From contig NC_058130.1 in NCBI RefSeq assembly GCF_016433145.1, forward strand, positions 10,049,724 to 10,113,723: a stretch of 64,000 bases of DNA, in the 5' to 3' direction. The notes below the pieces were generated by a model. That model saw only the letters and a list, made by a program, of their open reading frames with translations, was not told the DNA's origin and did not search any database. The stretch is from Gracilinanus agilis. Taxonomy: Eukaryota. The translations under genes were made by a program, and so were the position numbers. Shown in pieces: positions 46,261 to 59,214 of this stretch (position 1 is its first letter; every line of letters starts with the position of its first letter).

Positions 46261-48257
46261 GCTAGTGCATGACAAATGTGGATTTCAATGGGATCTTTAG
46301 ACTTATTAAAAAGATGGAATTGCAGTCAGCCAGATCTTGAATGGATTCATAGGGTATAAAAGCCACTCATAGGGTCCTTGAGTACTTCCAGATGAAGGAC
46401 ACACTCAGGTGCCTGAAGAATTTCTTCTGTTCTTTCAGCCCACTGACACAATGGTCAGTTATCTGTGAGGATTGTAGGGTGAATCTAGCTATTAGTGTTA
46501 TACGGTGATGAATTACTTCTGATATGTCTTTATTAGCAAGCCAGGCCTCTGCACCCCATCCCCTTCCCGCACACACTTAACCCCTTGAAGATTTAGAATG
46601 CTTATGGGCCTGGCATTAAGTACCTGAGCTAGAGAGCTTTTTGAGTATTTATTGGCCAGGGCACAAAAATCTACCTTTATGGACAGTGCCCTCCATCCCC
46701 CCAAACCCCCCAGTCTTTTCAGTCTTGGGCCTTGACATAAATTTAAAACACTCAATGGGCCTAGAGGTAAATGCTTGTTATGGGGGGGGGGGTGGGCTAG
46801 TTCTCCTGCCTAAAGATGATATAAGAATGGAGGAGGCAGTTAGGTTAGAATGGAGAGTCTGCTCAGCTCAGAAACAAATAATTCAAGAATGACCTTTGGG
46901 GAAGTTGCAGTTAGAGTGAGAAGAGGGGACAAAACCTGTAGAATTTAGGCAAAAAAGAAAATCCCATTTCTCTTTTCATAGCCTTAAAAGGGGGTTATTC
47001 TTTAAAGAAAACTATGAATTCGACATGCAAGCAATAAAGATTGCAGTAAATCATCTTTAATATAAAAATGTCTTCATATGAAAGAAAAGATGTCTTCCCA
47101 AATGAAGTAATAACACAATAATACTGACAATTCATTACCTGGTTTCACTTCTGCAGGCAGGAATTCATACATCACTCTCATAATAAACCACAAATGGATC
47201 AAAGAAGTTAAATTAAGGCAATGGCATAATGAAAAAAGCCCCCCAATTCCATCCCCTAAACATTCAGAAGCTGCCTTTGTTTCTTAATTGTTCTTAATTG
47301 TTACTATACATAGCAGGTTCAGAGGGGAGAGAGCCATGCCTGAAGATAGGAAATTCTGGCTTCAAATATGGCCTCAGATACTTCCTAACTGGGTGTCCCT
47401 GGATAAGTCACTTAACCCCTTAAGTTACTAGCCCTTACCACTCTTCAGCCTTCCTAAATGTCAGGAACAGATATGTAGTTTCAATTCTAATACAGAAAGT
47501 AAGAGTTTAAAAGTAAATAACAATGCTTAGAAAGGACCTAGAAATTTCCTACTTGAAATATACTATTGATTCAGAAAAAGGCATTTAGAGATCTAATTTG
47601 ACCTATTGCTTCTCGTGATTTCATTGCTTTAGAGGTTATTTTGTTGGAATTCATGGCTAGTAGCCAGTTATTAAAAAAAATACACTGTTCTTATCACAAT
47701 CTACTTTCATTATTTTGGAAAGACGTTTCATTTTTTTTCAAAGGACACAAACCTCCAAGATTTCAGTATATTACTTTGGCCTGATGGTCTAGGGCCCTCT
47801 GCTTTGTGTAATACAAGTCAATGAACGAGCAGAATGCAAAGGACAACTTAGTCTGCCCACAGATGACCCCTAATGCTGCTGTATCCTTCCAAGAATAACA
47901 TTCTTGGACAACTAAGGGTCACCGAATAGAAATGAAAAGCAGCTTTCCCCAGTGACCCTCTTAAAGGGGTTATGGACTTTTTGGACAGGCTGTGGGCCAA
48001 GGCAGGGTTTCGTTGTTATTAGGTGTAAAACAGTAAGAAAAGGTGTACCCAGGGACGGCCACAGCACCCCTGGGCGCAGATTAGTCTCCTTGATCTCTAT
48101 CTGGGGTCCAAGGCTGTCTAGTGGTATGTTCTGGATTAGAACATACTCAGATACTTAAAAAACAACAAACTCTTATAAGTATTTCAGCTTTCCATTTCTC
48201 CCCATAATCTCCCCTCAGCTTTGACTACTTTGAAACAAGATCCAGCTATTCATTGGT

Positions 48258-48447
48258 GTTTTTTTTAAAACCATACCCTCTATTTTAGAATCAACATTGA
48301 GTATTCCAAGTCAGAAGAGCTGTAAGGCTAAGCAATTGGGGTTGAGTAATTTGCCCAGGATCTCGTCCCTGGCCACATTTGAACTCAGGCCCTCCTGACT
48401 CCTGACTCCAGCCTGGCTCTTTATCTACTGTCCCATCTAGCTGCCCC
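48258..48447 (-). mobile_element. SINE1_Mdo-like SINE
   Basis: Family-diagnostic body and T-rich tail. Confidence 0.75.
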
Positions 48448-49859
48448 AACAATTCATGATTTATAACCGAGTGATTACCAGTTTCAAATAGCCTAGAAAA
48501 AGTATCCATCGATCAATCTGTGGCGATGGGGTTGTAAGCTGGATGCCAATTTTTCTTCATTGCCCCTTTGTGAAATCGGGAGAGAAAGAAGCTGTGTCCT
48601 GGGCTTGGTTTGCTGTCTCCAGCTGCTCCTGGTGGATTTAGCGGATCCCATCCTGGGCTCCTCTCTGCTTCCTTTGACTGATCCCACTTCTATGTGTTTG
48701 CTGCCAGATGGGGCTCTGTCCAGCCTTGCTCTGTTTCCTGCTGCATGGTGGGCCCCCTGTGAAACCTCAGAGGAGCCTTTTTCTGCCTTCCTTACTGTGT
48801 GGTGCTGGAAAGACGCTCCCTTAGGGCCAGAAGCCCTGTAAACTGGAAAATACGCGCCCATTCTCACCCCGGGGTGACTTTAGCAACATTTCTGTAATCC
48901 CAGGCAAACAGGTTGGGGTGGCACATACCTGTGTAAGGATGACCTTTTTTTTTGGCTGTCTGCTGAGCCACCTCGCTGCTCCCATGACCTTCTTTTTTAA
49001 TGAGCGTGTAATCAGCTGTGAGGACATGGGCAACCGCTTCTTTACTGAGTGAGAGCATGTCATGACTTCCTTTGGTAGAATTTGCATGTTCTGGCAAATC
49101 TTAAAGATCAATGCTAATGAAGAACAGGGCACTAGTGATAGTACAAGAAGATAATAAAAAATCACTTATATTTGACTTTGGAGAATGTTATAGTGTGAAA
49201 GAGAACCTTATAGTATGAAAGAGAATTTAAATTCTTTCTTATTTTAACTTAATCAATCAAGAAGTCGGATTCTGCTTACCTAGTCATTAACACTTAGTCC
49301 TAAAAGACCCCAAGCACCGTCCCCCTACTATCCCCTGCTCCCTTCCCCCAGGCAGTGCTAGGCAAATTGGGAGACTGTGATTGGTTTCTGAGATGTGATA
49401 AACCAGCCCATACTGAAAGGAACTAGAAACAGGAGAGATAGGAAGTGACCTGGAGAAAACTATTTGTAAAAGCCAGCCAAGGGCAATCTGATTCATTTTG
49501 GCCGCCTTGGTGGTCTTGCTAAAAGAAGGATACTTCTGCATTGGAGACTGATTCTGCGCTGGCAAGACTCTTGCTAAAGAGACTACCATGATTCTTAGTT
49601 GGAGATCCAGACCTCCCTCATGAGGGAGCCTTTGTCAGATTTGAGCTGAATTTCTTCGGATCGGCAATTATAGGGTATTTCGCAAAGCAATATTTTTCTA
49701 CCTCCTTCCTACATTTCCCTCTTTACTATCTCTTCCCTGCTGTAATACAGCTAGGGATTATAAATGCTATTATAAATGGCAACCACAACAATATTTTTAA
49801 TTCTTATATTTGTTAAACCCATTTTAATGATTACAATAGAGTTTTCTAATTACATTGTT

Positions 49860-50480
49860 TTTAAATAGATCCTTTGTTCAGTCTATATTTCTGGGACCTG
49901 GAGACCTTCTGCCATATTGACATTGAACAGTTAATGACTTCTTTTAGAATCAGACCATTTAGCTGGTACAGAATCCATCTAATTTCATTATTTAGTCCAC
50001 CACTCTCCATCTTTGCCATAAGAATTGAATGAGGATTTTTTTTTAATGCTTGGCTAAAGTTTAAGTAAGCCTTCACCTTGTGATTTGGTAACTGTCAAAA
50101 AAGGGAAATAAAAGTTAGTTTGGTAGGACTAATTTTTGATGAAGCTATACTGGCCCATCATGGTGAACACTATCCAACCTAGATGTCTCATTCCACCATT
50201 TTAAATTTCATGAGCAATCAGAGTCAATATCACTGTCCTCTTCCTTTTCTGAAAATTGGGATAGCACTTGATCTTTTGCAATAAAATCTCTTTTCCTATT
50301 TCCCATCTTATTTTCGTTTTGATAATAGTAACTCAAAAATTATATCTGCCAGTTCTTTGAGTACCTAAGGGTAAAGTTCAATTGGGCCATAAAAGGCGTT
50401 AAGTGATCTCATACTATTATTGGTTGCCTTATCTTGGGTACCAACTCCTGGTTGAGTCATTGCTATTCCCTCAGCAGCTG
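49860..50480 (-). mobile_element. Ancient CR1/L3 LINE reverse-transcriptase remnant
   Basis: ORF 49861..50076 KMESGGLNNEIRWILYQLNGLILKEVINCSMSIWQKVS resembles CR1 RT K...GL....RWI.NWL.GR.Q.V.INGS.S.W..V.SG; right boundary approximate. Confidence 0.6.
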
Positions 50481-50591
50481 TCACAATCCCCAGAGGGCTG
50501 ACCTGAAGATTACTTCACCTCTCTTTGCTCTGGGTGGGTAACTTTAAGGTTATACATTTTTTAATTAAAAAATACAAACTTCACAAATACC

Positions 50592-50829
50592 NNNNNNNNN
50601 NNNNNNNNNNNNNNNNNNNNNNNNNNNNNNNNNNNNNNNNNNNNNNNNNNNNNNNNNNNNNNNNNNNNNNNNNNNNNNNNNNNNNNNNNNNNNNNNNNNN
50701 NNNNNNNNNNNNNNNNNNNNNNNNNNNNNNNNNNNNNNNNNNNNNNNNNNNNNNNNNNNNNNNNNNNNNNNNNNNNNNNNNNNNNNNNNNNNNNNNNNNN
50801 NNNNNNNNNNNNNNNNNNNNNNNNNNNNN
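50592..50829. other. Assembly gap (238 N)
   Basis: Run of N; the ORFs crossing it are artefacts. Confidence 1.
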
Positions 50830-51049
50830 TACATCAAATTGCTAACTGATGTAGAGTTATTTTTTTAAATTCAACATGTAATTTTCATCACTGCCCTGCT
50901 TGTCCTTCTGGCTTTCCTTTTGCCCTTTTTTGTGATTTTTAATAAATGCTCTAATGACTCTCTTTTCTTTTTTCCCCCAACTTTATCCCCAGCTTCTCTT
51001 CTCATCTTGTCCCCAGGGCCTCTTCATTTTTTTTAAAGGAAAAAAACCA

Positions 51050-51245
51050 GGGGCAGATAAGTGGCTCAGTGGATTGAGGGTTAATCTTGGAGATGGGAGG
51101 GTTCAACTCTGGCCTCAGATACTTCCTAGCATTGTGGCCTTGGGCAAGTCACTTAACCCTTTTACCTAGCCCTTACCACTCTTCTACCTTGGAACCATTA
51201 CAGAATTTATTCTGAGGTATGAGGTAAGGGTTTAATAAAAAAGAA
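51050..51245 (+). mobile_element. SINE1_Mdo-like SINE
   Basis: GGGCAGATAAGTGGCTCAGTGGATTGAG head, family body, A tail. Confidence 0.8.
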
Positions 51246-52259
51246 ATCTTATAATAAATATACAAAGTCAAAGAAATAAATGGCCATACTAGCTATGTCC
51301 TATATAGGATCTTCTTGCATCATCTTTCTTTGAGGGGGCAGGTAGCATACTTCATCATCAGAGCTTTAGAATCATGACTCATCATTTCATTGGCCAATAT
51401 TCTTAAGTCTTTCAAGTCAACAAGATAGTTATTAATCACTATGTGCCAGGCACTGGGCTAAACACTGGGGATACATTAGAAAGACAAAAAGAAGCCTTGC
51501 CAAACATGTAAACAAATGTGGACAAACAAAGATATATATGGAATATATTGGAGATGATCTCAGAGGGAAGGCACTAGCATCAAAGGGCGCTGAGAAAGGC
51601 TTCTTGCAGAACTTTAGTCGAGCCTTGGAAGTCAGGGAAGTGGGGATGCAAAGAGTAGGAGGGAAAGCATTCTAGATATGGATGGGTGGGAAGAGCTCAT
51701 CTGTGGACAATTCTAGGCAATGTAAACTCCTCACTGAAGTCTATTGTTAAAGTGCTGTGTTTGAGGAGCAAACAGAGAAGAGACCGTGTCACAGAACTGT
51801 GAAATATGTGGAAGGAAATAAAGCATAAGAAAACTGAAAAGGTAGAAAGTTGTCTTTCTTTTACAAGATTCTAATTCTATTCATCTTATTCCAGTTCTGT
51901 TCACTTCATTCTGCATCAGTTCATAAGAGTCTTCTTGGGTTTCTCTGAAACTATCCCTTTCATCATTTCTTCTGGTTACAATAAAATTCATTTCATACAC
52001 TTTAATTTTTTTCAGTCATTCCCCAATTGCACACACACTATTAGTTTCCAATTCTTTGCTACCATAAAAAAGATCTGCTATAAGTATTTTTGCATGTATG
52101 AGTTCATTTTCCTTTTTTACTGGTCTTAATGATCTATAAAACATGGGAGGTAGGTGCCAGGGTTATAGTGAAAATAAATAGATAATATTTGTAAGGAGAT
52201 TTGTGAACATTAAAGCATGTAAATGTAAAGCATGCAAATACTGACTGTTATTGCTGGGT

Positions 52260-52510
52260 TATGGGTAATTAGAATTTTGTACCCCTGGACTTCATTTCCC
52301 AGAATCCTACTTTCATCCCTACATTACGTCCTAATGTTTTTAGATAAAAGTTTCTGTAACTCTTCTCTCTCTCACTCTTCTCCCGCTTTCACTGTCTGGG
52401 AAATGGCTCTTTGTTCAGGCTATACTTTTCCTCTACTTTAAGTGATTATTAATAAATCTTATAAAATATAATACTTGTATTTATTGTATATTAATTTTTA
52501 ATCTTATAGT
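52260..52510 (+). mobile_element. LTR 3' fragment (family related to 23934-24546)
   Basis: GTGATTATTAATAAATCTTATAAAA...ATATTAATTTTTAATCTTATA end. Confidence 0.6.
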
Positions 52511-53067
52511 TATAAAACTGGCATTGGTATCCCTGAGTTAAAAGTTCTGTTTTCTTAGTTCAGTGACTTGGGAAGCATCATTCCAAACTGCTTTCTAGAA
52601 TGGTTGGGCCACTAAAACCACCATTTCCTTGCTGCCTAGTTTTCCCAAGGCCAGGCCAGCGATGGTCATTTTCTGCTTTGTCCGAGACGGGAAGCTGAAG
52701 TGAAGGTTCTAGCTGGCAGGGAGTCTTCATGCTGGAGTTGCCTCTTTTAGCTCCTTTCCATGCAAAGGCCATTCTCTCTGTTAGAGAAAATCGAAGTGAG
52801 GGAAGAATGGAGCCTCACCTGAGCGGAGGCCCGGGGATTCCTCATCCTCCATGTATGAACCTCCCCTGATTTCATAGTCCTAGAGATTTCTCTGTGACCT
52901 CACTGGTCTACCAGCAGCTCCCACATCAGGATATTTTTGCCCAGACAGATGGACTCCTTTTCTCCAACATGCTGAGGAGACACAATAGATTTCTGGATAA
53001 GTAAATACAGCATATAGAGGAAATCAATAAAAGTGATTTTGAGATGGGACCTATCAAGGGAAGGAAT

Positions 53068-53278
53068 CAGTTGTTTTTTTTTTTAAACCTTACCTTCCAT
53101 CTTAGAATCAATACTGTGTATTGGTTCCAAGGCAGGAGAGTGGGAAGGGCTAGGCAATGGAGGTTAAGTGACTTGCCCAGGGTCACACAGCTGGGAAACA
53201 GCCAAGGTCATATTTGAACCCAGGACCTCCCGTCTCTAGGCCTGACTCTCCATCCACTGAGCCATCTGGCTACACCCA
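53068..53278 (-). mobile_element. SINE1_Mdo-like SINE
   Basis: Family-diagnostic sequence. Confidence 0.8.
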
Positions 53279-55484
53279 GGAAACCCTCTTGAAAAGAGGT
53301 TAGAACATAAGCTTTTCAAGGACAGGAACTTCCCTTGTTTTTCATATCCCTAGCAGCTAACCTATAGATACTTAATAAATGACTGAGAGAAATAGAAAGA
53401 TGGTGCTTGAACTGAGCCTCGAAGGATCTGAGTTTCTAAAAGGTAGAGATAAATAATTGGTATCAACATGTAGTTGAGAAAAATATATAAAATCCCAAAC
53501 AAACCCCAAAGGCAGAGATGAGGACGGATCTGTTAAGTGTGAGATGCTTATAGACATCTATGAAGAGACATCAAGCAGGAGAGAGATGGAGGTGGGAGAG
53601 GCAGGAGTGACTGACACACAGACGACCGATGGACCCACGGAATCTCTGGCTGAAGAGCGGTCCGCTTGCCCTTTGGGGAAGAGGCTCTCGCCACTCTACC
53701 CTTTCAGCCTGGGCTGGCAGGCGGCCCTGAAGAACAGAAACCCCAAGTCTATCATCGAGGCACACTTCCTACAGAGGGCGCCCGCTCGGCAGCCAACACG
53801 AGGCCTGAGAGAAGTGGAACCACAAATCTCTTCTTCAATGTCCGCCATGAAAGTCCTGGTGACCTGTTCAGAGGACACAACAGCCCCTGTGAGCCCAGGT
53901 TAGACCCACAAAATGGCAAGTCCACTGGGCGTGCCACGTCCAGGGGAAACCCGACGAGAGCCGTGGGACACGTCAGCAGAATTCCTGAGTGTCCTCACCA
54001 TGTTTTAACCTTGGGCTTGCCCTCCACGGGTGGGCCTGACCCCTCTGTGTTTTCTGGGTCTGCTGTTCATGTGGGCTCCCTTTGCACGGCCACTTTCCCC
54101 AGTGACGGCATTTGTGATTTGTGGATGAGTACAGTGTGCCCCACGTTTGTGTGTTTGTGTGGCCTCTTTCTATTTTTCTAATATCCTTTATTATGACTAT
54201 AAAAAAAAATCATCATTCTTAACATGCTAATTCACTAAATGCCTTTCCTTTGAACTGAATCCTCTGAACGATGAAAGAAAAAGTGAACACATTATTGGAG
54301 GCTTTGGTTTTGAATGATTGCACACCAGCTAAGTGCCCAGGTTAGCTAATTCTGAGAATCACATAAATGAGAGGCCCGGGAAGGGGGTTCCCTGGTGATA
54401 TAAATGATTGCAAATAGCATTACTCTTAAATGAATTACTACAAAAGTCTTGGATTTCGATGTTATTAAAAATACTATAATACTTAACTGTAATGAACAAA
54501 GCAAAAATATTATAGTTATTTATTTTGTGTGGGGAAACTTTTAAATTATCTATTATTTATTAATATTGTTCAAACCTAGCTTTAGGTGGCTAGAAAGTTG
54601 TTTAATCCGAAGTTTACAGTTGAGGTCAGAATGACCTCAGAGATGTTCTGCTGGAGGATTGTAGAGAATGTTTAGAATCCACAGTCTTGGTTTGGGTTCA
54701 CTCAAAGATTACTCAAAGTTTTAGCTTCCTCAAATAAGATTGAATGTTTATTCTTACCTACTGACATACATCTTAAACAATTTCTTTTTAAAGAAATTGC
54801 ATGTACTATAGTTTACGTGGTCTGTGTGTATGTATGTATATATATTAGGGAACCACATCTATCTCTCTCCTTTGCCAAAATGACCTAATAAAATTCTTTC
54901 TAAAACTTGTTCAGTCTTTGAGTCTTGTTCTCAAAAGGTAGCTTAAAATGAATTTCCAAATACAGTATATCCTCTCTACCTTAGTAGTTACTCCTTCTAT
55001 TTCCTCTTCCATTCTTTGTTTGTTCATACATCTCTCTACTTGTAAATATATTTTTCCTTTACATTATTTACTTCTGATGGCTAACTTCCCACGTCTTTAC
55101 AACTATCTTTATTTTGAGGTTAATTATTAACATGTCACCAGACGATGCTAACATTTATAAATCTTTACTTTGCTCAGGAAATTCTTTTAGAATTTTCTTT
55201 TATGATTTTGTCATTCTTATTTCAAATTTCTCTTATTTTATGGATTTGGTATTTTGAAGTCTCTTATTTATTTATTTATTTATTTATTCATTCATTCATT
55301 CATTTATTCATTTTTTAAAAATTTATTTATTTATTTATTTATTTTTAAATCCTTGTACTTCAGTGTATTTTCTCATAGGTGGAAGATTGGTAAGGGTGGG
55401 CAATGGGGGTCAAGTGACTTGCCCAGGGTCACACAGCTGGGCTTATTTATTTTTTTAAAATACTAGATGTTAGATTTGTTGTCA

Positions 55485-56115
55485 TTAGCATGGAAAAAAT
55501 ACAGAACTATTAAATAGTCAGACAAATCAAGTCTTTAATCAGGAGAGGAATTTGGTACAATTTTCTTAGGCCTCCACACAGAGTCACATGCTCAAAATCC
55601 AGAGATACTCTGGCTACTACGATCCTTGGGAGTGCCACCTTGCTAGATGACAGCTCCAAAGAAAAATAGAATTCTGGGAACTGATATACCTCAGTTGGGG
55701 AACTGAGGGTGGGAGTATGGTGGACTGGCTTTACCAAGGCTAGGAAGACTAGAGGAGTCCTAGACAGGATTATCAGGGAGAGGCAGATGCTTTACAATGG
55801 ACATAAAAGGGAAATATCCAGCCAAGGGCTGGGCTACCTTAGAAAGGACTTTGACATAAAGGGGGAAACTACCAGGACAAAAAAGGGTACTTAACACCTG
55901 ATTAAGTCTACTAGCTCCACTTAAAATACTTTAAGGTTTATTGTTAGTTTGAAACTTGTAAAGAGTTCCCCCCCCCCCAAGAGATTTTTCTCCTGAATTT
56001 CAGGAGAAATTCTCATGTGACAAGATCAAGTGTGAGGTCTTCAGACCTCTCGCTGCTACAAACTTGGGGTTCTCAAGATCTCAAGATTGGGGTTTCTAGA
56101 TTCCAAGTTGACAAC
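55485..56115 (-). mobile_element. LTR-like element (copy 2 of 3)
   Basis: Colinear with 45000-45720. Confidence 0.62.
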
Positions 56116-56316
56116 ATTACCATTGTTTAAAAATTGGTTTTATCCATTATTATTTAGATATATTGGCTCTGGCAGGTTCTCAAGACATCATCAATGTTTC
56201 CTGAAAAAATAACAGGGCATATAGGAGGGGTTGTTAGAGAGTCGACCAGCTGAGTTTAGTATATAGTATATGAGCAAAAATAGAGTATAAACTAAAGCTA
56301 GAAAGGTTAGTTGCTT

Positions 56317-57182
56317 GTGGGTGATATCAACTTGAAATCTGGATGACCCCAAAGTTTGTGCCAATTTGGAATCTAACGACTCCAAGTTTGGCCTTTTGTC
56401 CCATGAGAGTTTGCCTCTAGGGAGGGCACCGATTCTGCCAGTCTCAGACTGAACAATAGACCTTAAAGTAAATGATAATACTAGCTAGGTGGAACTGACA
56501 GACCTGAGCATATGCTAAATACCCTTTCTTGGAAGTCTTCCCCATTGTATCAGAGGTCCTTTCCCAGAAGATTATGCCCTGGCAGAGACCATCCTTTTAG
56601 TATCCATCCTAAGGTAGGCACCCTAACCTTTGACTATGGTTCCTTTCCCAGCCTGTCAGTGTAGTGAGAGCACTTCCATTTCCTTGTAGCCATGGTCATG
56701 TCAACCAATCATATTTCCCTGTTCCTCGGTTCCCCAAAAGGCTAGAAGTTCCCCAAGTTCTATTGTTCCTCTGAGCTATCATCTCGAGTGGTGATTTCTT
56801 CCAGGGATCCATAGCCAGAGCAGCCAGAGCCTTGGGCTCTGGGTAGGTTTTTTTTGTTTGTTTGTTTGTTTGTTTTTTTTTTAATTTTAAACCCTTAACT
56901 TCTGTGTATTGACTTATAGGTGGAAGATTGGTAAGGGTAGGCAATGGGGGTCAAGTGACTTGCCCAGGGTCACACAGCTGGGAAGTGTCTGAGGCCGGAT
57001 TTGAACCTAGGACCTCCTGTCTCTAGGCCTGGCTCTCAATCCACTGAGCTACCCAGCTGCCCTCTGGGTAGGTTTTGAGCACGTAACTGTGTGGAAGCTT
57101 AAGGATTGTACCCTTATTCCTCTCCTGACCAAAGACTTGGTTTTTCTGACTATTTAATAGTTCTGTTTTTTCCAGTTTAACA
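56317..57182 (+). mobile_element. LTR-like element (copy 3 of 3), inverted relative to copy 2 and interrupted by a SINE
   Basis: Ends ...TCCAGTTTAACA; reverse complement matches copies 1 and 2; left boundary approximate. Confidence 0.68.
56849..57061 (-). mobile_element. Young SINE1_Mdo-like SINE nested in the LTR
   Basis: Near-consensus; TSD CTCTGGGTAGG at 56838..56848 and 57062..57072. Confidence 0.9.
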
Positions 57183-57287
57183 GTGTAGAGCCTTGAATTT
57201 TAGCCATGGTAGTTCACACTTTATTCTGTAAACAATTGATAGCCACTGGAAATTCTTGAGCTTAGGAAGTAACATGAGCAAGAACTA

Positions 57288-57485
57288 ATTTTTTTAAAAA
57301 TACCCTTACCTTCCATCTTAGAATCAGTACTGTGTGTTGGTTCTGAGGCAGAAGAGGGGTAAGAACTAGGGTGACTGGGGTGAAGTGACTTGCCCAGGGT
57401 CACACAGCTAGGAAATATCTGAGACAAGATCTGAACTCAGGACCTCCTGTCCCTAGGCCTGGCTCTCAATATACCTAGCTGCCCT
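57288..57485 (-). mobile_element. SINE1_Mdo-like SINE
   Basis: Family-diagnostic sequence. Confidence 0.8.
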
Positions 57486-58414
57486 CAGGGAGAACAAATG
57501 CTGAATATTTATGGGATACTGTAAGCCCTTTGAATTTCTGGGAGATAAAATAATGGCCATTTTTTACTCTGAGTTCTTATATCAGATCTAAGAAATCTCT
57601 TCATCTAAGTTTCTAGATGCCTCCAAATATATACACAAGATTTTCCCTTTGCAAACAGGGTTGGGATATTACCAAAGAGACTGATTTGGGCAGGGGGTGG
57701 GGGGGGGCGGGGGGGTGGTTCTTTCTCCTAAGACTAAATTGGAGCTATGTAAACCCAAGCTTGGAGGCTTTGCTGGACCCCAGGTTACCTACTTATGTCT
57801 AAGGAAAATATTGGAGGTGGGGAAAAATAGTTTCCAGAAGACCGGTGTTGGCATGGCCTTCCTCCCCTTCTTGTGAGAATAATAATAATAAGCCCGTTAG
57901 GGCAGGCCACTGTGTTCTGTTCATCCCCCACAGTATCCCGTTTGGTGTCACACACGGTGATGACAATAAATATTTGTTGGATGGAAGGTGTCGAGGATGC
58001 TCTATATGCCAGCTGAAACGCAGAAGGAGGCTTCTAAAAAGTCCTCTTAAGTGTCTGTTTTCCCTTCTCCATCGAATAGGCAGCCTCTATGTACAGATTA
58101 GAAGGAAAACCTTATTTGACAACATCCGTCTGTGCTTCCCAACTTTCCAGGCGCTCCTCGGATGTGGGCTGGCCGCGGGGGCTGCAGAAGTGAGGATGCA
58201 AGCAAACATTTCCAGCTGATGACAGGTCTGGGAGGACCTTTGAAAGGGCATCCCAGTGACTTGGAGCTCAGCCCATCCTTCGCTAGATGGTGGCCCCCCC
58301 AAGCTCTGGCAAAGACTCTGCAAATTCATTTTATTAAACTCAAATGTCTTACATTCATTGTTTTCTAAGATTACCTTGGACTATGCTGATTGTACTTTGG
58401 ATTTGCTTATTTCT

Positions 58415-58590
58415 TTTTGAACCCTCACCTTCTGCTTAGATTTGATATTGTGGATTGGTTCCAAGGCAGAAGAGCCCTAAGGGCTAGGCAATGGGGGTTA
58501 AGTGACTTGCTCAGGGTCACCTAGTTAGGAAGTGTCTGACATCAGATTTGAACCCAGGACCTCCTATTTCTGGGTCTGGCTTTCAATCCA
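58415..58590 (-). mobile_element. SINE1_Mdo-like SINE
   Basis: Family-diagnostic sequence. Confidence 0.78.
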
Positions 58591-58593
58591 GTA

Positions 58594-58850
58594 CTGTAAG
58601 GTTAAAATTAATATCCAATATATGTTATAAGATTATTAATAATCACTTGAAGGAGAAGAAATAAAAGGACGAAAGTAAAAGCCTGAGTAAAGAGAAGTTT
58701 TCCCAGCCATGTTAGCCAGTAAAAGAGGGAGGGGAGGGAGGGTCACACACAAACTTTATCTCCAAAAGATAAGGACATAAAGGGAGAAGGAAAGTGGGAT
58801 GCTGGGAATTAGAGTCCTGGGGAGCAGATTCTAATTATCCAGAGCTAACT
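58594..58850 (-). mobile_element. LTR fragment
   Basis: TGTAAGGTTAAAATTAATAT terminus and TTATAAGATTATTAATAATCACTT (reverse of the motif at 52442). Confidence 0.58.
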
Positions 58851-59214
58851 GCCCTCTAACTGTACCTCGTATATGCTCATGTACGTATATGTCCTCTGAC
58901 CCATTAGAAGGTCAATTCTGAGGGCAGAGGCTGATTTTGATTTTTCTTTGTGTCTCTAGTTCTTAGCGGAGAACCTGATATGGAGTAAATGCTTAATAAA
59001 TGTGTTGATCGATTACAATCAGGATTCATTCTTCTATGCAATCTCATGTTTCCTCCTGCGATTTAAGCCACCATGGCGCTCTGGTTTTGTCAGAGATGGA
59101 GAGCAGCACTCTGTGAACCTCTCAGTGAACCTTTTAATCCCCTGAAGATGAGAAGCAATCACTGCCTTTCATTCCCCTTCCTCTTTCCCTCACTCTCCTT
59201 CTTTCAACTAAATG

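Noticed and set aside
48493-49589. Several 77-124 aa ORFs
   Set aside because: No recognisable homology or splice pattern; probably TE or intergenic noise
50525-50845. ORFs spanning the N run
   Set aside because: Assembly-gap artefacts
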